64,000 nt of DNA from a virus (IMGVR_UViG_3300037512_001142:1-64000), one strand, 5' to 3'; positions 9,840 through 20,134 are shown, counted from the first letter of the stretch. The notes: a model not told the origin generated them from the letters alone. A program made the numbers and translations.

Positions 9840-12800
9840 ATGGTTATAACACACAAGACTAATACTAAGCTCGAAGACGCATACTACAACATCAAATGGC
9901 GTTTAGATAGTGCCGGAATTAAATATGAAACTGAAAATAACATAATTCCGCAGTGGGATCCTAATGCAAAAGACGAATTCGGAAACCAGCTTCCTAAGCC
10001 GGACCCATTTACCGTAGGTACCGGTACGGCTTGGATTAAGATTTACTTCGAAGACAGAAAACAAGTCTTTGTTTATTTCTGCTGTCATCTTGTCGAATGC
10101 CGCACCTGTACCTATGACAGGTTTATTACCGTGTATAACTATACTGATGACGTCAAAGACACTAACCTTCAGGGTATGGTTCCGGCGTTGACACTTAAGT
10201 ATTATGGCGATAAAGCCGAAAATGACAGTGACCGTACAATTTATTTCGACATGATTAATTGTACCGAAGATGGTCCATTGTGTTTCAGAAAACCGCGTTC
10301 TCTTGCCGATACAAAAGTCAACAAGTGTCAGACTTGTAACGGTAGTGGTAAAATTAGTCAGCAAGTAACTATTCCTTCAAGACCTGGCCAAGGCGGCAGT
10401 GGTCATATTACAATCGAAAATGAATGTCCGGATTGTCATGGAACTGGTTATGAAGATTCAGAAACTGAAATTTGTACCGCATGTGATGGTAAGGGTACAA
10501 TAGAAAGTACCGTAACTGTACCTTCTGGTAATCCATATAAAAAATCAGTACAAATCAAGGTTACTTCTACTTGTACGAACTGTAACGGTTCTGGTAGAAT
10601 AAGTAAAACTACTTCTGATGACTATTGTATCATATCTAATCTTGACCTCTATAATTTCTATGTAAAGAAATCACAGACTGAACGTGATGTCGTTGATAAT
10701 CGTATCAATGACGGTATGCGTATTCGTGAAGACGGTGCCAATGCAGAATATGATTATTCTGATAAGAATGAAGGTGGTTTACGTAAGTTTGCAAAGCGTC
10801 TCTTTTCAAACGCTAATACCTATGACCCTGAAGATGTACCAGTAGATGACCTCACAAAGATAACAACGTTCAATACTGAAATTTATATTGACCCAGATAC
10901 TGGCAAACCGTTATCTACTATTGAAGAACTTTATGAATTGATTGCAAAAACAAGTCTTAATAATGAATATGCGGAAGATTCTGAAAAAGTTGACTTAAGC
11001 AAATACATCTTCCCTATTCCAGTATTTAAACAGCACTTAATACCTGGCGATGATGATACTATTATAACTGACTATAAAATAGAAAAATTAACTTTCTATC
11101 AAACAAACTATGTAGACCAACAAGGAAACCTTATTCCATTGACGGTTTTCTTTAATACCAGTAATACCAGTTCCTTTACTGATTTGGTCAATACTCAAGA
11201 CTATCTTGCCGTTACTGACTTATTCACTACACGAGCAGGATTTGCGCAGAGCAATATTTTTCCTACACGTTATGAAGGTAGAACCTATGCATCTGATGGT
11301 GTTAAAAACTTTATCAAGCACTGTGGCGAAGTAGAAATTTATGCTGATCCAAATAAATTTTCCAATAAAGTTATTAAACCATATATTAAAACGTTCACGA
11401 ATATATCGCAGACAGACCTAGTTTGGAATTTTATCTGTTTTAAAGATAAAAATCTTCCGATTATTCCTGTAGAACATAATACGCTCTATATCAACCAGTC
11501 TAATACACCACATACCATTGACCTGTATAAGGAAAATGTTACACATTTTGATAATATTCTTTCTCAGAAAACAGCGTCATATGCCGAACCATTGGATAAA
11601 CCAATGGTAACTCCGGATTCATATCCATATATTGAACCGGATTCTAAAAACGTATATACTATTGATTATTTTAAAGGCTCGTGTTCTATTACGTCTTTTG
11701 AAAGTCTATCGGGTGAATCTCCTGACAGTTTGTATTTTACTGGTATATCGAACAATAATACATTAAATTTTGATCATGAAGGCATAGATCCTACGTATGA
11801 TTATGAAGACTGGCCAGATTATCTTGATGGCATTACATTTAAAAATTACACGTTAAATCTATTATTTACATTTACGGCACGAATTAAATTTAATAAAGTC
11901 GATAAGCATATCGAACCAGGGTCATACGCTGATACAGTATTATCAATCAAAGTTGGTCTTCTTGATACTGCAGCAGAGTATAATGAAAAACCATTAATTA
12001 TCTGTAACCGAACTATAGATGTTGATATGCCTACTGAAGGTCATATTGACCCAGATGACCCAACAAAGCTCTATTATGATTGGCCGGATTATGTAAACGA
12101 AACTATACAGGCTTATGCAACTCCAACTTTAATTAATGAAGCCTACCAACATTATGATGGCAGTGGTGAGTTTGTGTGTCCGTTAAAACACTGTCGCCTT
12201 GTGGTATTCTGTGAGCCATTTAAACCAGACTCGGCAATAGCAACTCCAAGTCCATACAGTTTAAATCCTGGTGATTTTAGTCTTGAACTTGATTTTACAT
12301 TGGCAACAAATATTTATCCGATCCCCGTAGAAAGCACTCCAGGTTATCCTCTTAAAGAAGGTGCTACTAATGTCGTATCTATTCCAAAAATAAAATATAA
12401 CTATAATAATTATCCTGAAGGTATATTTAGCTATTACCACAAGAATTTCGGTACATATATTGAAAATTACATTTTTAACAAGTATCATGCAGTCAGTGGT
12501 AATAGTGCTATTCCTGAAGGTGCTGGATTTTTAGATACAGTATATAATGAAACAGATAAACGTATGGAGTTTGTGCCTGATACTATCGAATCCCAGAAAA
12601 AATATAAAGGATTCATGAATATTATCCATGACAATAAATTACGCTCAATTTACGTAAAGCAAGATACTCGCAACGATTATATTGTTTGTCCCGCATGTAA
12701 TGGTAACGAAAAAATTAACTGTCCGACCTGCGGTAATAAGCGTAAGCTCAGTCTCTATGATTATAGTGGCGATACCTGTCCTATCTGTAATGGAAATACT

Positions 12801-14033
12801 GAAAAACCATGTTCATTCTGTCACAATACTGGTAAAGTTGATTACCTGAAACGTTACAGATGTCCGTCGCTTGATTCTACTGGTATTGATCATGTAAACC
12901 ATGACGATAAGGATGAAAACGGCCGTTGTCGTATTTGTGCCGGTACCAAGTCTATTGTCCGCTATTATTACTTAAAGACTTTCGACTTCGCCGACATTAC
13001 CAATTATGTTAATAAATTACCAGAAAATATTCCAGATTTGAACAAGATTGAAGACCTCAATATTGTAAAGCGTGTATTAGAAAAATATGTTCAAGAAAAA
13101 GGTTCTAATCTTGCAGAATCTTATCTCAATTATATTGTCAGAAAGCACTACGGTATCGTATTAGGTCAAGGTACTTATGAATGGGATGAAGGATATTCCT
13201 TGTATAATGCTGCCGTATCGAATCTCGTGTTTTACATTTTGAACGGTAAATTTGTTAAGTATAAATTCTGGAATGGTAATACTCATATTGATGTTGAATA
13301 TGGTTATAACTATATCTATTCTACAAAGACCTATACTAAGAAAGAATGGAACACTGTTCAACATGACAGCGACTTATCTCGTAATACAAAGGTTCTATAT
13401 CGAATTATTGAAGATGCAACTGACGTTGACCAGCTGATAGGTTTCTATACGATTCTTATTCCTGACATCAATACTAATTATTATATTGATGGTGAAGCAT
13501 TCAAAGGTTGTGCTATTCAGCGAATCTACTTCGACAAGGAATGGGTTTATAATAACCTCTTGAAAGATATGAAATTCAACCAGTTCAATATCTTTACGGA
13601 AAAAGAAGAACCGATTGTAGGTGCAGAACAGAAACTTCCAGAAGAAATTACTGTCATGCCAGATTATCATCATGAATACTTATGGTATGCTCATATCCAT
13701 GATGAAGACAAAGCCATTTCAGACTTGCCATGTCCTGACTGCGAAGGCGTTGGTCGTTTTGTCTGTTCAGTCTGTGGAGGTTCTGGTATATACGACCATA
13801 CCTACTGTAACGCATGTCAAGGTACAGGAAAAATAACCTGTACTACTTGTAATGGTTCTGGTGATAATCCAGATACGGATGTTAAGCCTATAACGCTTTA
13901 CTATGCCAAGAAACTTTATGTCTATACTTCACACACATATATAAATACAGATAATATCAGTTTTGAGGTCAATGACCAGAAAAACCCGATTTATGATGGT
14001 GAAGAAATTGAAGAGATAGATTTCGAGGAATAA
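9840..14033 (+). CDS. 1397-aa protein with three clusters of DnaJ-type CxxCxGxG zinc-finger motifs
   Basis: 13 CxxC(x)G motifs, e.g. CQTCNGSG, CPDCHGTG, CTACDGKG, CTNCNGSG, CNACQGTG, CTTCNGSG; no J-domain HPD region recognised. Confidence 0.8.
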   Translation: MVITHKTNTKLEDAYYNIKWRLDSAGIKYETENNIIPQWDPNAKDEFGNQLPKPDPFTVGTGTAWIKIYFEDRKQVFVYFCCHLVECRTCTYDRFITVYNYTDDVKDTNLQGMVPALTLKYYGDKAENDSDRTIYFDMINCTEDGPLCFRKPRSLADTKVNKCQTCNGSGKISQQVTIPSRPGQGGSGHITIENECPDCHGTGYEDSETEICTACDGKGTIESTVTVPSGNPYKKSVQIKVTSTCTNCNGSGRISKTTSDDYCIISNLDLYNFYVKKSQTERDVVDNRINDGMRIREDGANAEYDYSDKNEGGLRKFAKRLFSNANTYDPEDVPVDDLTKITTFNTEIYIDPDTGKPLSTIEELYELIAKTSLNNEYAEDSEKVDLSKYIFPIPVFKQHLIPGDDDTIITDYKIEKLTFYQTNYVDQQGNLIPLTVFFNTSNTSSFTDLVNTQDYLAVTDLFTTRAGFAQSNIFPTRYEGRTYASDGVKNFIKHCGEVEIYADPNKFSNKVIKPYIKTFTNISQTDLVWNFICFKDKNLPIIPVEHNTLYINQSNTPHTIDLYKENVTHFDNILSQKTASYAEPLDKPMVTPDSYPYIEPDSKNVYTIDYFKGSCSITSFESLSGESPDSLYFTGISNNNTLNFDHEGIDPTYDYEDWPDYLDGITFKNYTLNLLFTFTARIKFNKVDKHIEPGSYADTVLSIKVGLLDTAAEYNEKPLIICNRTIDVDMPTEGHIDPDDPTKLYYDWPDYVNETIQAYATPTLINEAYQHYDGSGEFVCPLKHCRLVVFCEPFKPDSAIATPSPYSLNPGDFSLELDFTLATNIYPIPVESTPGYPLKEGATNVVSIPKIKYNYNNYPEGIFSYYHKNFGTYIENYIFNKYHAVSGNSAIPEGAGFLDTVYNETDKRMEFVPDTIESQKKYKGFMNIIHDNKLRSIYVKQDTRNDYIVCPACNGNEKINCPTCGNKRKLSLYDYSGDTCPICNGNTEKPCSFCHNTGKVDYLKRYRCPSLDSTGIDHVNHDDKDENGRCRICAGTKSIVRYYYLKTFDFADITNYVNKLPENIPDLNKIEDLNIVKRVLEKYVQEKGSNLAESYLNYIVRKHYGIVLGQGTYEWDEGYSLYNAAVSNLVFYILNGKFVKYKFWNGNTHIDVEYGYNYIYSTKTYTKKEWNTVQHDSDLSRNTKVLYRIIEDATDVDQLIGFYTILIPDINTNYYIDGEAFKGCAIQRIYFDKEWVYNNLLKDMKFNQFNIFTEKEEPIVGAEQKLPEEITVMPDYHHEYLWYAHIHDEDKAISDLPCPDCEGVGRFVCSVCGGSGIYDHTYCNACQGTGKITCTTCNGSGDNPDTDVKPITLYYAKKLYVYTSHTYINTDNISFEVNDQKNPIYDGEEIEEIDFEE

Positions 14034-14037
14034 TCGA

Positions 14038-15306
14038 ATGTCACAACAACCAGCAATATTACCAGGTAGCGTCGGTATTAAAGGTTCTAATACCGGCGGT
14101 ACTGCCGCATATATGGCCGCGCAAAAGATGATGGAAGAAAATGACCGCAGGCTGGCCGAACGTAATCGTAAGATTCAGGAAATAAACAGCTTCAATGAAG
14201 TTTTCGGCTATGTCAGTTCTTCCACGCAAAATTACGGATTCGGTCAAAGCTTTGCACACGAGACTTCCAAAGAAGGTATCGGTAATTCTTGTATTCACCT
14301 TTTAACTTTCGATAACACTGACTTCAGCGAACAGCTACGTGCTTCCAAGTTTTTAGGAAATGAAATTTCCGAATCTAACGTGACTACGATAAAATCTAAC
14401 ATGATTAGACTTGTTGCATTGCTTGAAGAACTTCCAGAATTATCTTTCTCTTTCGATTTTACCGAAGGTCCGGGTAATACCAGTCAGGACATGATTGCAA
14501 AGTTCTTCGACCAAGATATTTTCGGTGTTGCAGCAGCCGTAGGTACCAACGACAGTTCTTTCAAGAATATCATAAATACCGGAATGCTCACCAATGAATT
14601 ATGGAACGGCGTAAAGAACAGCGATATAAAATTGAAATTCAAGATTTATACAGCCGATAAACTTGGCCAGACCGATCCAGAAGTCTGGATTAAAGCCTTG
14701 TCGTTCTTCGCCACCCCATATACTGGAAACCAGGGTAGTATAAGAAACTATACCCGCAATATCATCAGTGGCGTTGTCAATACAGCCGGTATCGGTAAAG
14801 CACTGTTTACCAGTAGTGAAATAATGAAAGACCAAAACCGTAAGAGAGCGAACTCACAAAAACCAAAAGTATCTCAGAAATCAGACTTAGCCCAAGTGCT
14901 TGACAGAGCATACGAAGTTGGTCAAAACCTAAGAGACGCTTTGGAACCGGTAAAAGGTCTCGCTAATGATGTCAGTGATATTTTATCATCTCGTTATGGT
15001 ATCGGTCGTATACTTGGTGATTTCAATATAAACAACTGTCTCGGTGAAAAACTCTGGGGACTGTATCTGTATAATAATTTCCTGTTCAAACGCCCGTTGA
15101 CCGTATATGTAAAAGACTGGTCAGTAAAGCCATCACAGGAAACAAACCTTATTACTTTTACAAATGGAAGTAATGAAACTGAATATATCAGACGCCCGGT
15201 TTATTATCAATTTGAATTGACATGCTCATTAGACCAGACATATTCAATAGACCAGTGGAGCCAAATCCTATCGGATGATATTAAACTTCCTGCTCCGAGT
15301 TATTAA
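14038..15306 (+). CDS. putative baseplate/tail-tube junction protein (gp48-like)
   Basis: C-terminal PLTVYVKDWSVKPS..PVYYQFELTCSLDQTYSIDQW resembles tube-initiator termini; baseplate context. Confidence 0.4.
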   Translation: MSQQPAILPGSVGIKGSNTGGTAAYMAAQKMMEENDRRLAERNRKIQEINSFNEVFGYVSSSTQNYGFGQSFAHETSKEGIGNSCIHLLTFDNTDFSEQLRASKFLGNEISESNVTTIKSNMIRLVALLEELPELSFSFDFTEGPGNTSQDMIAKFFDQDIFGVAAAVGTNDSSFKNIINTGMLTNELWNGVKNSDIKLKFKIYTADKLGQTDPEVWIKALSFFATPYTGNQGSIRNYTRNIISGVVNTAGIGKALFTSSEIMKDQNRKRANSQKPKVSQKSDLAQVLDRAYEVGQNLRDALEPVKGLANDVSDILSSRYGIGRILGDFNINNCLGEKLWGLYLYNNFLFKRPLTVYVKDWSVKPSQETNLITFTNGSNETEYIRRPVYYQFELTCSLDQTYSIDQWSQILSDDIKLPAPSY

Positions 15307-15335
15307 AAAAATCTGCCGTTAAGGCAGATTCTTTT
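15305..15335. terminator. bidirectional terminator
   Basis: A-tract, AATCTGCC-GTTAA-GGCAGATT, T-tract between convergent stops. Confidence 0.8.
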
Positions 15336-16431
15336 ATTTTATAGGTTTTTGTTTAAATAATGCTTCTTTTGCAGATTTATCATTTGTCATTTCTATTGAT
15401 TTCTTTGTTATTTCATCAAGCGTACCCGGAGTTCCGTTTAAAATACCGGTCAAATCGGTTGTACCAATCTTACCAGCAGTCTGTAGGTTAATCGTAAAAT
15501 CTATAAAGAGCGGACAAACTTTTCCGTTTTCAATAGTAGTCTGTACACACGGTTTACATGACCAACCACTAATTACCCAATATCCATAGCCATTAGCATT
15601 ATATAAATCACCGTACTTAAGCATAAATCTCGGGCATGCTGTTTCTGTATTTTGGCAGAATGATTCCAACAATGCAACAAGTGTAGCAGCAGAATGAATA
15701 AGCTTTTTCTTAGTATCTGTACCCTTTGCATTTTTGTTAAAATTCAATACAAGACTGGCCTTATCAGATTTTTTGTCATTTTCTTCGAGTTCTTTATCGA
15801 AATCCGTTAAATCTTGTTTTGTAAAATGAAGATTTCTGTCATTAGTAAATGTTTTAAAGTCATCAATCATTCCACCGAAAATCTTACCGAATTCAGTACC
15901 AGTTACCATACTCTTTTCTATTGCATCCATAACAAAATCGATATTGTCACCGAAACCATAATGTCTAGGAGCAGAACAGTAAAATAACATTTTAAAGATT
16001 TCGTAATAATTAGAAGTATTATACTGATAAATCGGATATGACCTAAATGCAATAGACGTAGAAAGTTTCTTACCTTCCTTCGGATATTGCTGAGTCCACG
16101 CGTCAGTCAACAAAATAGGTCTATAACGCGGGTTAGCAGAAGCGAACATCTTGAACACGTCATTCTTGAAAAGATCATTCACCTTATTTGCCAAAACACT
16201 ATGAGGACCGTTAGTCCAGGTAGTAGAATAGGCAATTTGCGGAGGCGCTGTAGCAATTCCGGAAATATGCATCAATGAATTGAAATGCGACGCCATGTTA
16301 GGGTCGTTCAAAACGTCAGTGGTTATATTCGTGCATTCCTGTAATTCGAAATACTTAGAAAAAATCGCTGGCGATTCTTGGCCGAGTTGGTTAACGGCTA
16401 ATCCTGTTGAATCATATACGTTAAATGACAT
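15334..16431 (-). CDS. putative baseplate hub/tube-initiator protein (gp48/gp54-like)
   Basis: C-terminal WVISGWSCKPC..PLFIDFTINLQTAG; directly downstream of the tape measure; resembles ORF 14038 in layout. Confidence 0.4.
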   Translation of the reverse strand: MSFNVYDSTGLAVNQLGQESPAIFSKYFELQECTNITTDVLNDPNMASHFNSLMHISGIATAPPQIAYSTTWTNGPHSVLANKVNDLFKNDVFKMFASANPRYRPILLTDAWTQQYPKEGKKLSTSIAFRSYPIYQYNTSNYYEIFKMLFYCSAPRHYGFGDNIDFVMDAIEKSMVTGTEFGKIFGGMIDDFKTFTNDRNLHFTKQDLTDFDKELEENDKKSDKASLVLNFNKNAKGTDTKKKLIHSAATLVALLESFCQNTETACPRFMLKYGDLYNANGYGYWVISGWSCKPCVQTTIENGKVCPLFIDFTINLQTAGKIGTTDLTGILNGTPGTLDEITKKSIEMTNDKSAKEALFKQKPIK

Positions 16432-16434
16432 ATT

Positions 16435-18174
16435 TTATTGGCCTGGAATTGGTGCTGGTACCTGTGCATTCATATAGCTATTAGCATAGTTATCGTTCAT
16501 TGTAGTAATGAGTCTATCGAATCCCTCGCTAATTGCCGATACGAATTCCTTGTTGTTACTTGTCTGCGCATTTGTAATCATGCTGGTCTGCTGGATAAGC
16601 GTAGAATTGATATTGTCGTTCGGAACAACAATAACACTGTCTTCGTTGTATGACGTCATATTGTTTCCGAAGTTTGCATCCCTATCAATCGGCGTCATAT
16701 TCAGATTCTTTAACAGTTTATCCTGGTTTTCGACAAGACGAGACATCTGGTTCATCGGAGCTGTGATAGTCTTCGTCATTTGTGCCAATACGTCATCGTT
16801 ATCGTCCTTCTTGTTATTGGTAACATTCGTTACACTAGAAGACGAAACAGAACTACTATTGTCATCGCCGAAACCGAGTTTTCTACCTAACCAGGAATTT
16901 GCAAGAGTACTCTTGATACCACCAAAGAATCCAGTAAACTTATCCTTGATGCTGGTAAATATTCCAGTAATCTTATCCTTTACACTCGTAAAGATTCCAG
17001 CAATCTTGTCTTTTATTCCGGTAACGACTCCTACAACCTTATTCTTTATGCTGGTTACAATACCAACAACCTTATCCTTTATTCCTGTTATAGTGGAACT
17101 TAGGAATTCTTTGGCATTGTAGAACCAATCAGATACTGTATCAGCAATTCCGCTAAAGAATCCAACAACCTTTTCTTTACAGAAATCAAAGATTCCAACA
17201 ACCTGGTCGACAAATTTGGAAACCTTTTCCTTAACCCAGTCGGCTACGAAACTTATAATACCCTTGAACTGATCCCACCATTCGCCGAGATATTTCCAAG
17301 CTTCAAACAATCCCTTAGCAATTAATTCACCAAGTCCATCAATACACCACCAGATTCCTTGACCGATTAATTTAATGCCTTCCCACCATAGCTTAAAGAA
17401 TCCAACAATTCCATCCCAGATTAATCCAGGAATTTTACCTATTATTTCTGATATATGGTCCTTAATACCTAACCATACACCGTATAGAAATGCTACTGCC
17501 AAAATTACGTATGGTAAGAACTTAGCAATAAACATCGCAACCATTGCAGCTGGATTCAATATAGACACAAGTATTTTCTTAAGACCTACCAATAGTTTCG
17601 GCAAAATCTTTACAAGCGTCTTAAATAAGTCTCCTCCTGCCTTCGCAGCTACGGCAACTTTTCCACCTTTCTGGTATGCCCTTGTGTAAGACTGTGCGAG
17701 TTTTTCGGTACGCATCGCCAGACGTTCTTTTTTACTCGAAGCTTCCATAGCCTTCGTGGTAGCTTTTGCCATGGATGTAGCCATTTGAGTAGTAGTTTCA
17801 GGTGCAAGCTTTACTTTTCCATCGGCGATTCCTTCAACCTTGTTATTTTTCTTAATAGCTTCGGCCATTTCCTTTTGCTGGCCACTAGCAGATATTTGTT
17901 TTTCCTTACTCTTACCTACCGGACTATTTTTCAAGATAGAAAGGATCTCTCTAAGAATACCAGTCTGAGTAATTACAGAAGCCTTAATAGCATCTACGGG
18001 GCTTGCTATTTCGCTAACATTACCGTCTTTACCGGTATTAGCCAACTGCTTCTTAAACTCATCGAGCGCTTTTGCAACATTATTATAGCTACCAAGCTGA
18101 TTGTCAATAGACTTGGCAATAGCGTTCATCTGACCGGCTTTCATTCTTTCGCGATTGGAATCCATTGCATTCAT
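16435..18174 (-). CDS. tape measure protein (gp29-like)
   Basis: 579 aa; helical N-terminus, hydrophobic segment, 11-residue aromatic-periodic repeats (GIKDKVVGIVT/SIKNKVVGVVT/GIKDKIAGIFT). Confidence 0.8.
   Translation of the reverse strand: MNAMDSNRERMKAGQMNAIAKSIDNQLGSYNNVAKALDEFKKQLANTGKDGNVSEIASPVDAIKASVITQTGILREILSILKNSPVGKSKEKQISASGQQKEMAEAIKKNNKVEGIADGKVKLAPETTTQMATSMAKATTKAMEASSKKERLAMRTEKLAQSYTRAYQKGGKVAVAAKAGGDLFKTLVKILPKLLVGLKKILVSILNPAAMVAMFIAKFLPYVILAVAFLYGVWLGIKDHISEIIGKIPGLIWDGIVGFFKLWWEGIKLIGQGIWWCIDGLGELIAKGLFEAWKYLGEWWDQFKGIISFVADWVKEKVSKFVDQVVGIFDFCKEKVVGFFSGIADTVSDWFYNAKEFLSSTITGIKDKVVGIVTSIKNKVVGVVTGIKDKIAGIFTSVKDKITGIFTSIKDKFTGFFGGIKSTLANSWLGRKLGFGDDNSSSVSSSSVTNVTNNKKDDNDDVLAQMTKTITAPMNQMSRLVENQDKLLKNLNMTPIDRDANFGNNMTSYNEDSVIVVPNDNINSTLIQQTSMITNAQTSNNKEFVSAISEGFDRLITTMNDNYANSYMNAQVPAPIPGQ
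16922..17085 (-). repeat. 33-bp (11-aa) degenerate tandem repeats in the tape measure gene
   Basis: Five consecutive [GS][IV]K[DN]K..G..[TG] units. Confidence 0.8.
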
Positions 18175-18191
18175 ACTTCTATATTTATAAA

Positions 18192-18223
18192 AAAGAAATC
18201 AGCCTAAACAGACTGATTTCTTT
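18192..18223 (-). terminator. intrinsic terminator
   Basis: AAAGAAATCAG-N10-CTGATTTCTTT. Confidence 0.7.
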
Positions 18224-18255
18224 CCCATTACTCAATTAAGGAACAAATGAAACTA

Positions 18256-18747
18256 TTAGTAACCAAAAATACCAACAATGAACGGAGGTGTCTTGGATGG
18301 GAATTCACTAAGTTCAAGGCAGGTCAGATTGTAAGACTGACTCTTCTGGTAAATCTCGAAATTAACCTTTTCCTTATTCTTCCAATGTTCATTCAAGGTC
18401 GGGTACTTTTCGAGAAGCTTAGTGTTCTCTTCTGTAAATTCAACAATATTTTCACGGATAAGCGGACGTCCCTGTTCGTCGGTAATAACAGTATTCTGTT
18501 CATCACGGTCTGCATACTTCTGAACGAGTGCCTTCTGTTCCTTGTCGAATTCTGGATAATCCGGTTCACGACGTTCGTCATAAAGTTCGTTCATCAGCCT
18601 TGCATACGGTTCAGCCAAAGATTCACAGGTGCGATAAATAAACCAAGAATACTTTGCAGCTTCACCCGGTTCATTTACTTTCTTTGATAGATATTCAAAA
18701 ATCTGCTTTAGCTGAATGTTATTCAATTTCACTTCACGTGCAGTCAT
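18256..18747 (-). CDS. hypothetical protein (possibly DUF1617-like)
   Basis: 163 aa, AGGAG SD; QKYADRDEQ..DEQGRPLI resembles DUF1617-type phage proteins (weak). Confidence 0.6.
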   Translation of the reverse strand: MTAREVKLNNIQLKQIFEYLSKKVNEPGEAAKYSWFIYRTCESLAEPYARLMNELYDERREPDYPEFDKEQKALVQKYADRDEQNTVITDEQGRPLIRENIVEFTEENTKLLEKYPTLNEHWKNKEKVNFEIYQKSQSYNLTCLELSEFPSKTPPFIVGIFGY

Positions 18748-18754
18748 ATAACTC

Positions 18755-19225
18755 CTAATTATTTTTAATTAATCCTTTGTTGTACAAATATATTAAAAAA
18801 CTGTAAAGATGCTTACACACAGATGGTGTTTTTTCCGGATTTCTTACCTTATTTGGAATACGGTTATAACCCTGAATCTGACCGAAGAAAGTCTTTGACT
18901 GAACGTCAGGATAAGCAGTGTTATAACGGAATGCCTTACATTCGCAGAACACTTCACCAATATTCTTTACCGAGAAAGGCTGTTCGATGTCGTCCCTATG
19001 GAATTTAACAGTAACCTTATACTTTCCGAATTCCTCAAATTCAGACTGGACAACTCCTGTACAAACCATGTCTTCCGTATCTTTACCGTCTACATGATAA
19101 GTAATAACGCTAAGATCTTTATCAGAATAAGGGAAAACCTTTCTGAAGTTATTAAGCAAATCCTGAATAGTCATCATCTGAGCTTCATTAAGCTCTGAAA
19201 TGTAATTCTTAAAATTAATCTTCAT
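18755..19225 (-). CDS. SWIM-type zinc-finger protein with T4 CTS-like leader
   Basis: VFCECKAF..NP..VCKHL; AAGGAG SD before MKINFKNYISELNE at 19225. Confidence 0.7.
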   Translation of the reverse strand: MKINFKNYISELNEAQMMTIQDLLNNFRKVFPYSDKDLSVITYHVDGKDTEDMVCTGVVQSEFEEFGKYKVTVKFHRDDIEQPFSVKNIGEVFCECKAFRYNTAYPDVQSKTFFGQIQGYNRIPNKVRNPEKTPSVCKHLYSFLIYLYNKGLIKNN

Positions 19226-19571
19226 TCTGCTCCTTAGGGTTGTCATTATCCTTACGTATACTTACCAAGAAATCACGAACGGCCTCAATGTCCGGATATT
19301 TAATAATCAACGGGTGTTCGGGGTCACGTTTCAAGTCATTCCAAATATCGGTAATACCATTATACCACATCAAGAACCACCAATAGTTCATGGTTCCGTA
19401 TGCTCTTAAAGAAATTAAATCCGGTCTGCAAGCTTCTTCGTCACGGACCACAAGAAAGTTATCTTTTCCAAATTCATAACCGTCGGCGTCAAAAGAACCA
19501 AGGTCATACTGAAGTATACCGTCGACAATAACTTTCTGTAAATATTCTGTTCTTGTAGCTATCGTTGCCAT
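19215..19571 (-). CDS. gp53: baseplate wedge protein gp53 (LysM-like)
   Basis: RPDLISLRAYGTMNYWWFLMWYNGI..IIKYP. Confidence 0.85.
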   Translation of the reverse strand: MATIATRTEYLQKVIVDGILQYDLGSFDADGYEFGKDNFLVVRDEEACRPDLISLRAYGTMNYWWFLMWYNGITDIWNDLKRDPEHPLIIKYPDIEAVRDFLVSIRKDNDNPKEQNED

Positions 19572-19594
19572 GCATTATTTATAAAAGAAACCTG

Positions 19595-20041
19595 TCAGGT
19601 GACAGGCTTCTGAGACTTGATATACTCGATAAGACAGTATTTAACAACTGGCCGTAGACTTCGATAATAATGGTCGACTTCGGTATACGGAATCAACTTA
19701 TAGTTATCTACTTCCGGAACATCCATACCGTCAACGTTAAAATATGTGCAGCATTTCAACTTACTCAAATCAACTTCTGTACGAGCAACATATACATGCA
19801 AGTCCTTATACTTCGTGTATTCGAACATTCCGCAATCATATAAATCCTCCTTCTTCAATCGAATTCCGGATTCTTCATAAAGTTCACGTAATGCAGTCTC
19901 GTAATGTTCCTCATATCGTTCAACATGGCCCTTAGGAATATCCCAATGGCCATAGACATAAGGATGATGAGATGGATGACATGCCAGGAGCATGTGAGTC
20001 TTCTCGTCAATTATAATTACACCACAACTTATAGCTTTCAT
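19595..20041 (-). CDS. NUDIX hydrolase
   Basis: WDIPKGHVERYEEHYETALRELYEESGI Nudix box. Confidence 0.9.
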   Translation of the reverse strand: MKAISCGVIIIDEKTHMLLACHPSHHPYVYGHWDIPKGHVERYEEHYETALRELYEESGIRLKKEDLYDCGMFEYTKYKDLHVYVARTEVDLSKLKCCTYFNVDGMDVPEVDNYKLIPYTEVDHYYRSLRPVVKYCLIEYIKSQKPVT

Positions 20042-20134
20042 ATTAGTAAATATAGCAAAATTTTAAAAAATTTAAACACTTTTTATCTTTTTATCCAAAT
20101 TTTATTTAGACTTTTCTATATTATAAATATAATG

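Noticed and set aside
9840-14033. Calling this gene dnaJ
   Set aside because: Only the zinc-finger motif is shared; no J-domain or DnaJ C-terminal domain was recognised
16922-17085. CRISPR-like periodic repeats
   Set aside because: In-frame 11-aa tape-measure repeats; no identical repeat and unique spacer structure anywhere in the window
19904-20131. N-terminal extension of the ORF-track call 19904..20926
   Set aside because: Overlaps NUDIX on the opposite strand and AT-rich promoter DNA; TATAAATA at 20122 indicates a start at 20132 or 20135
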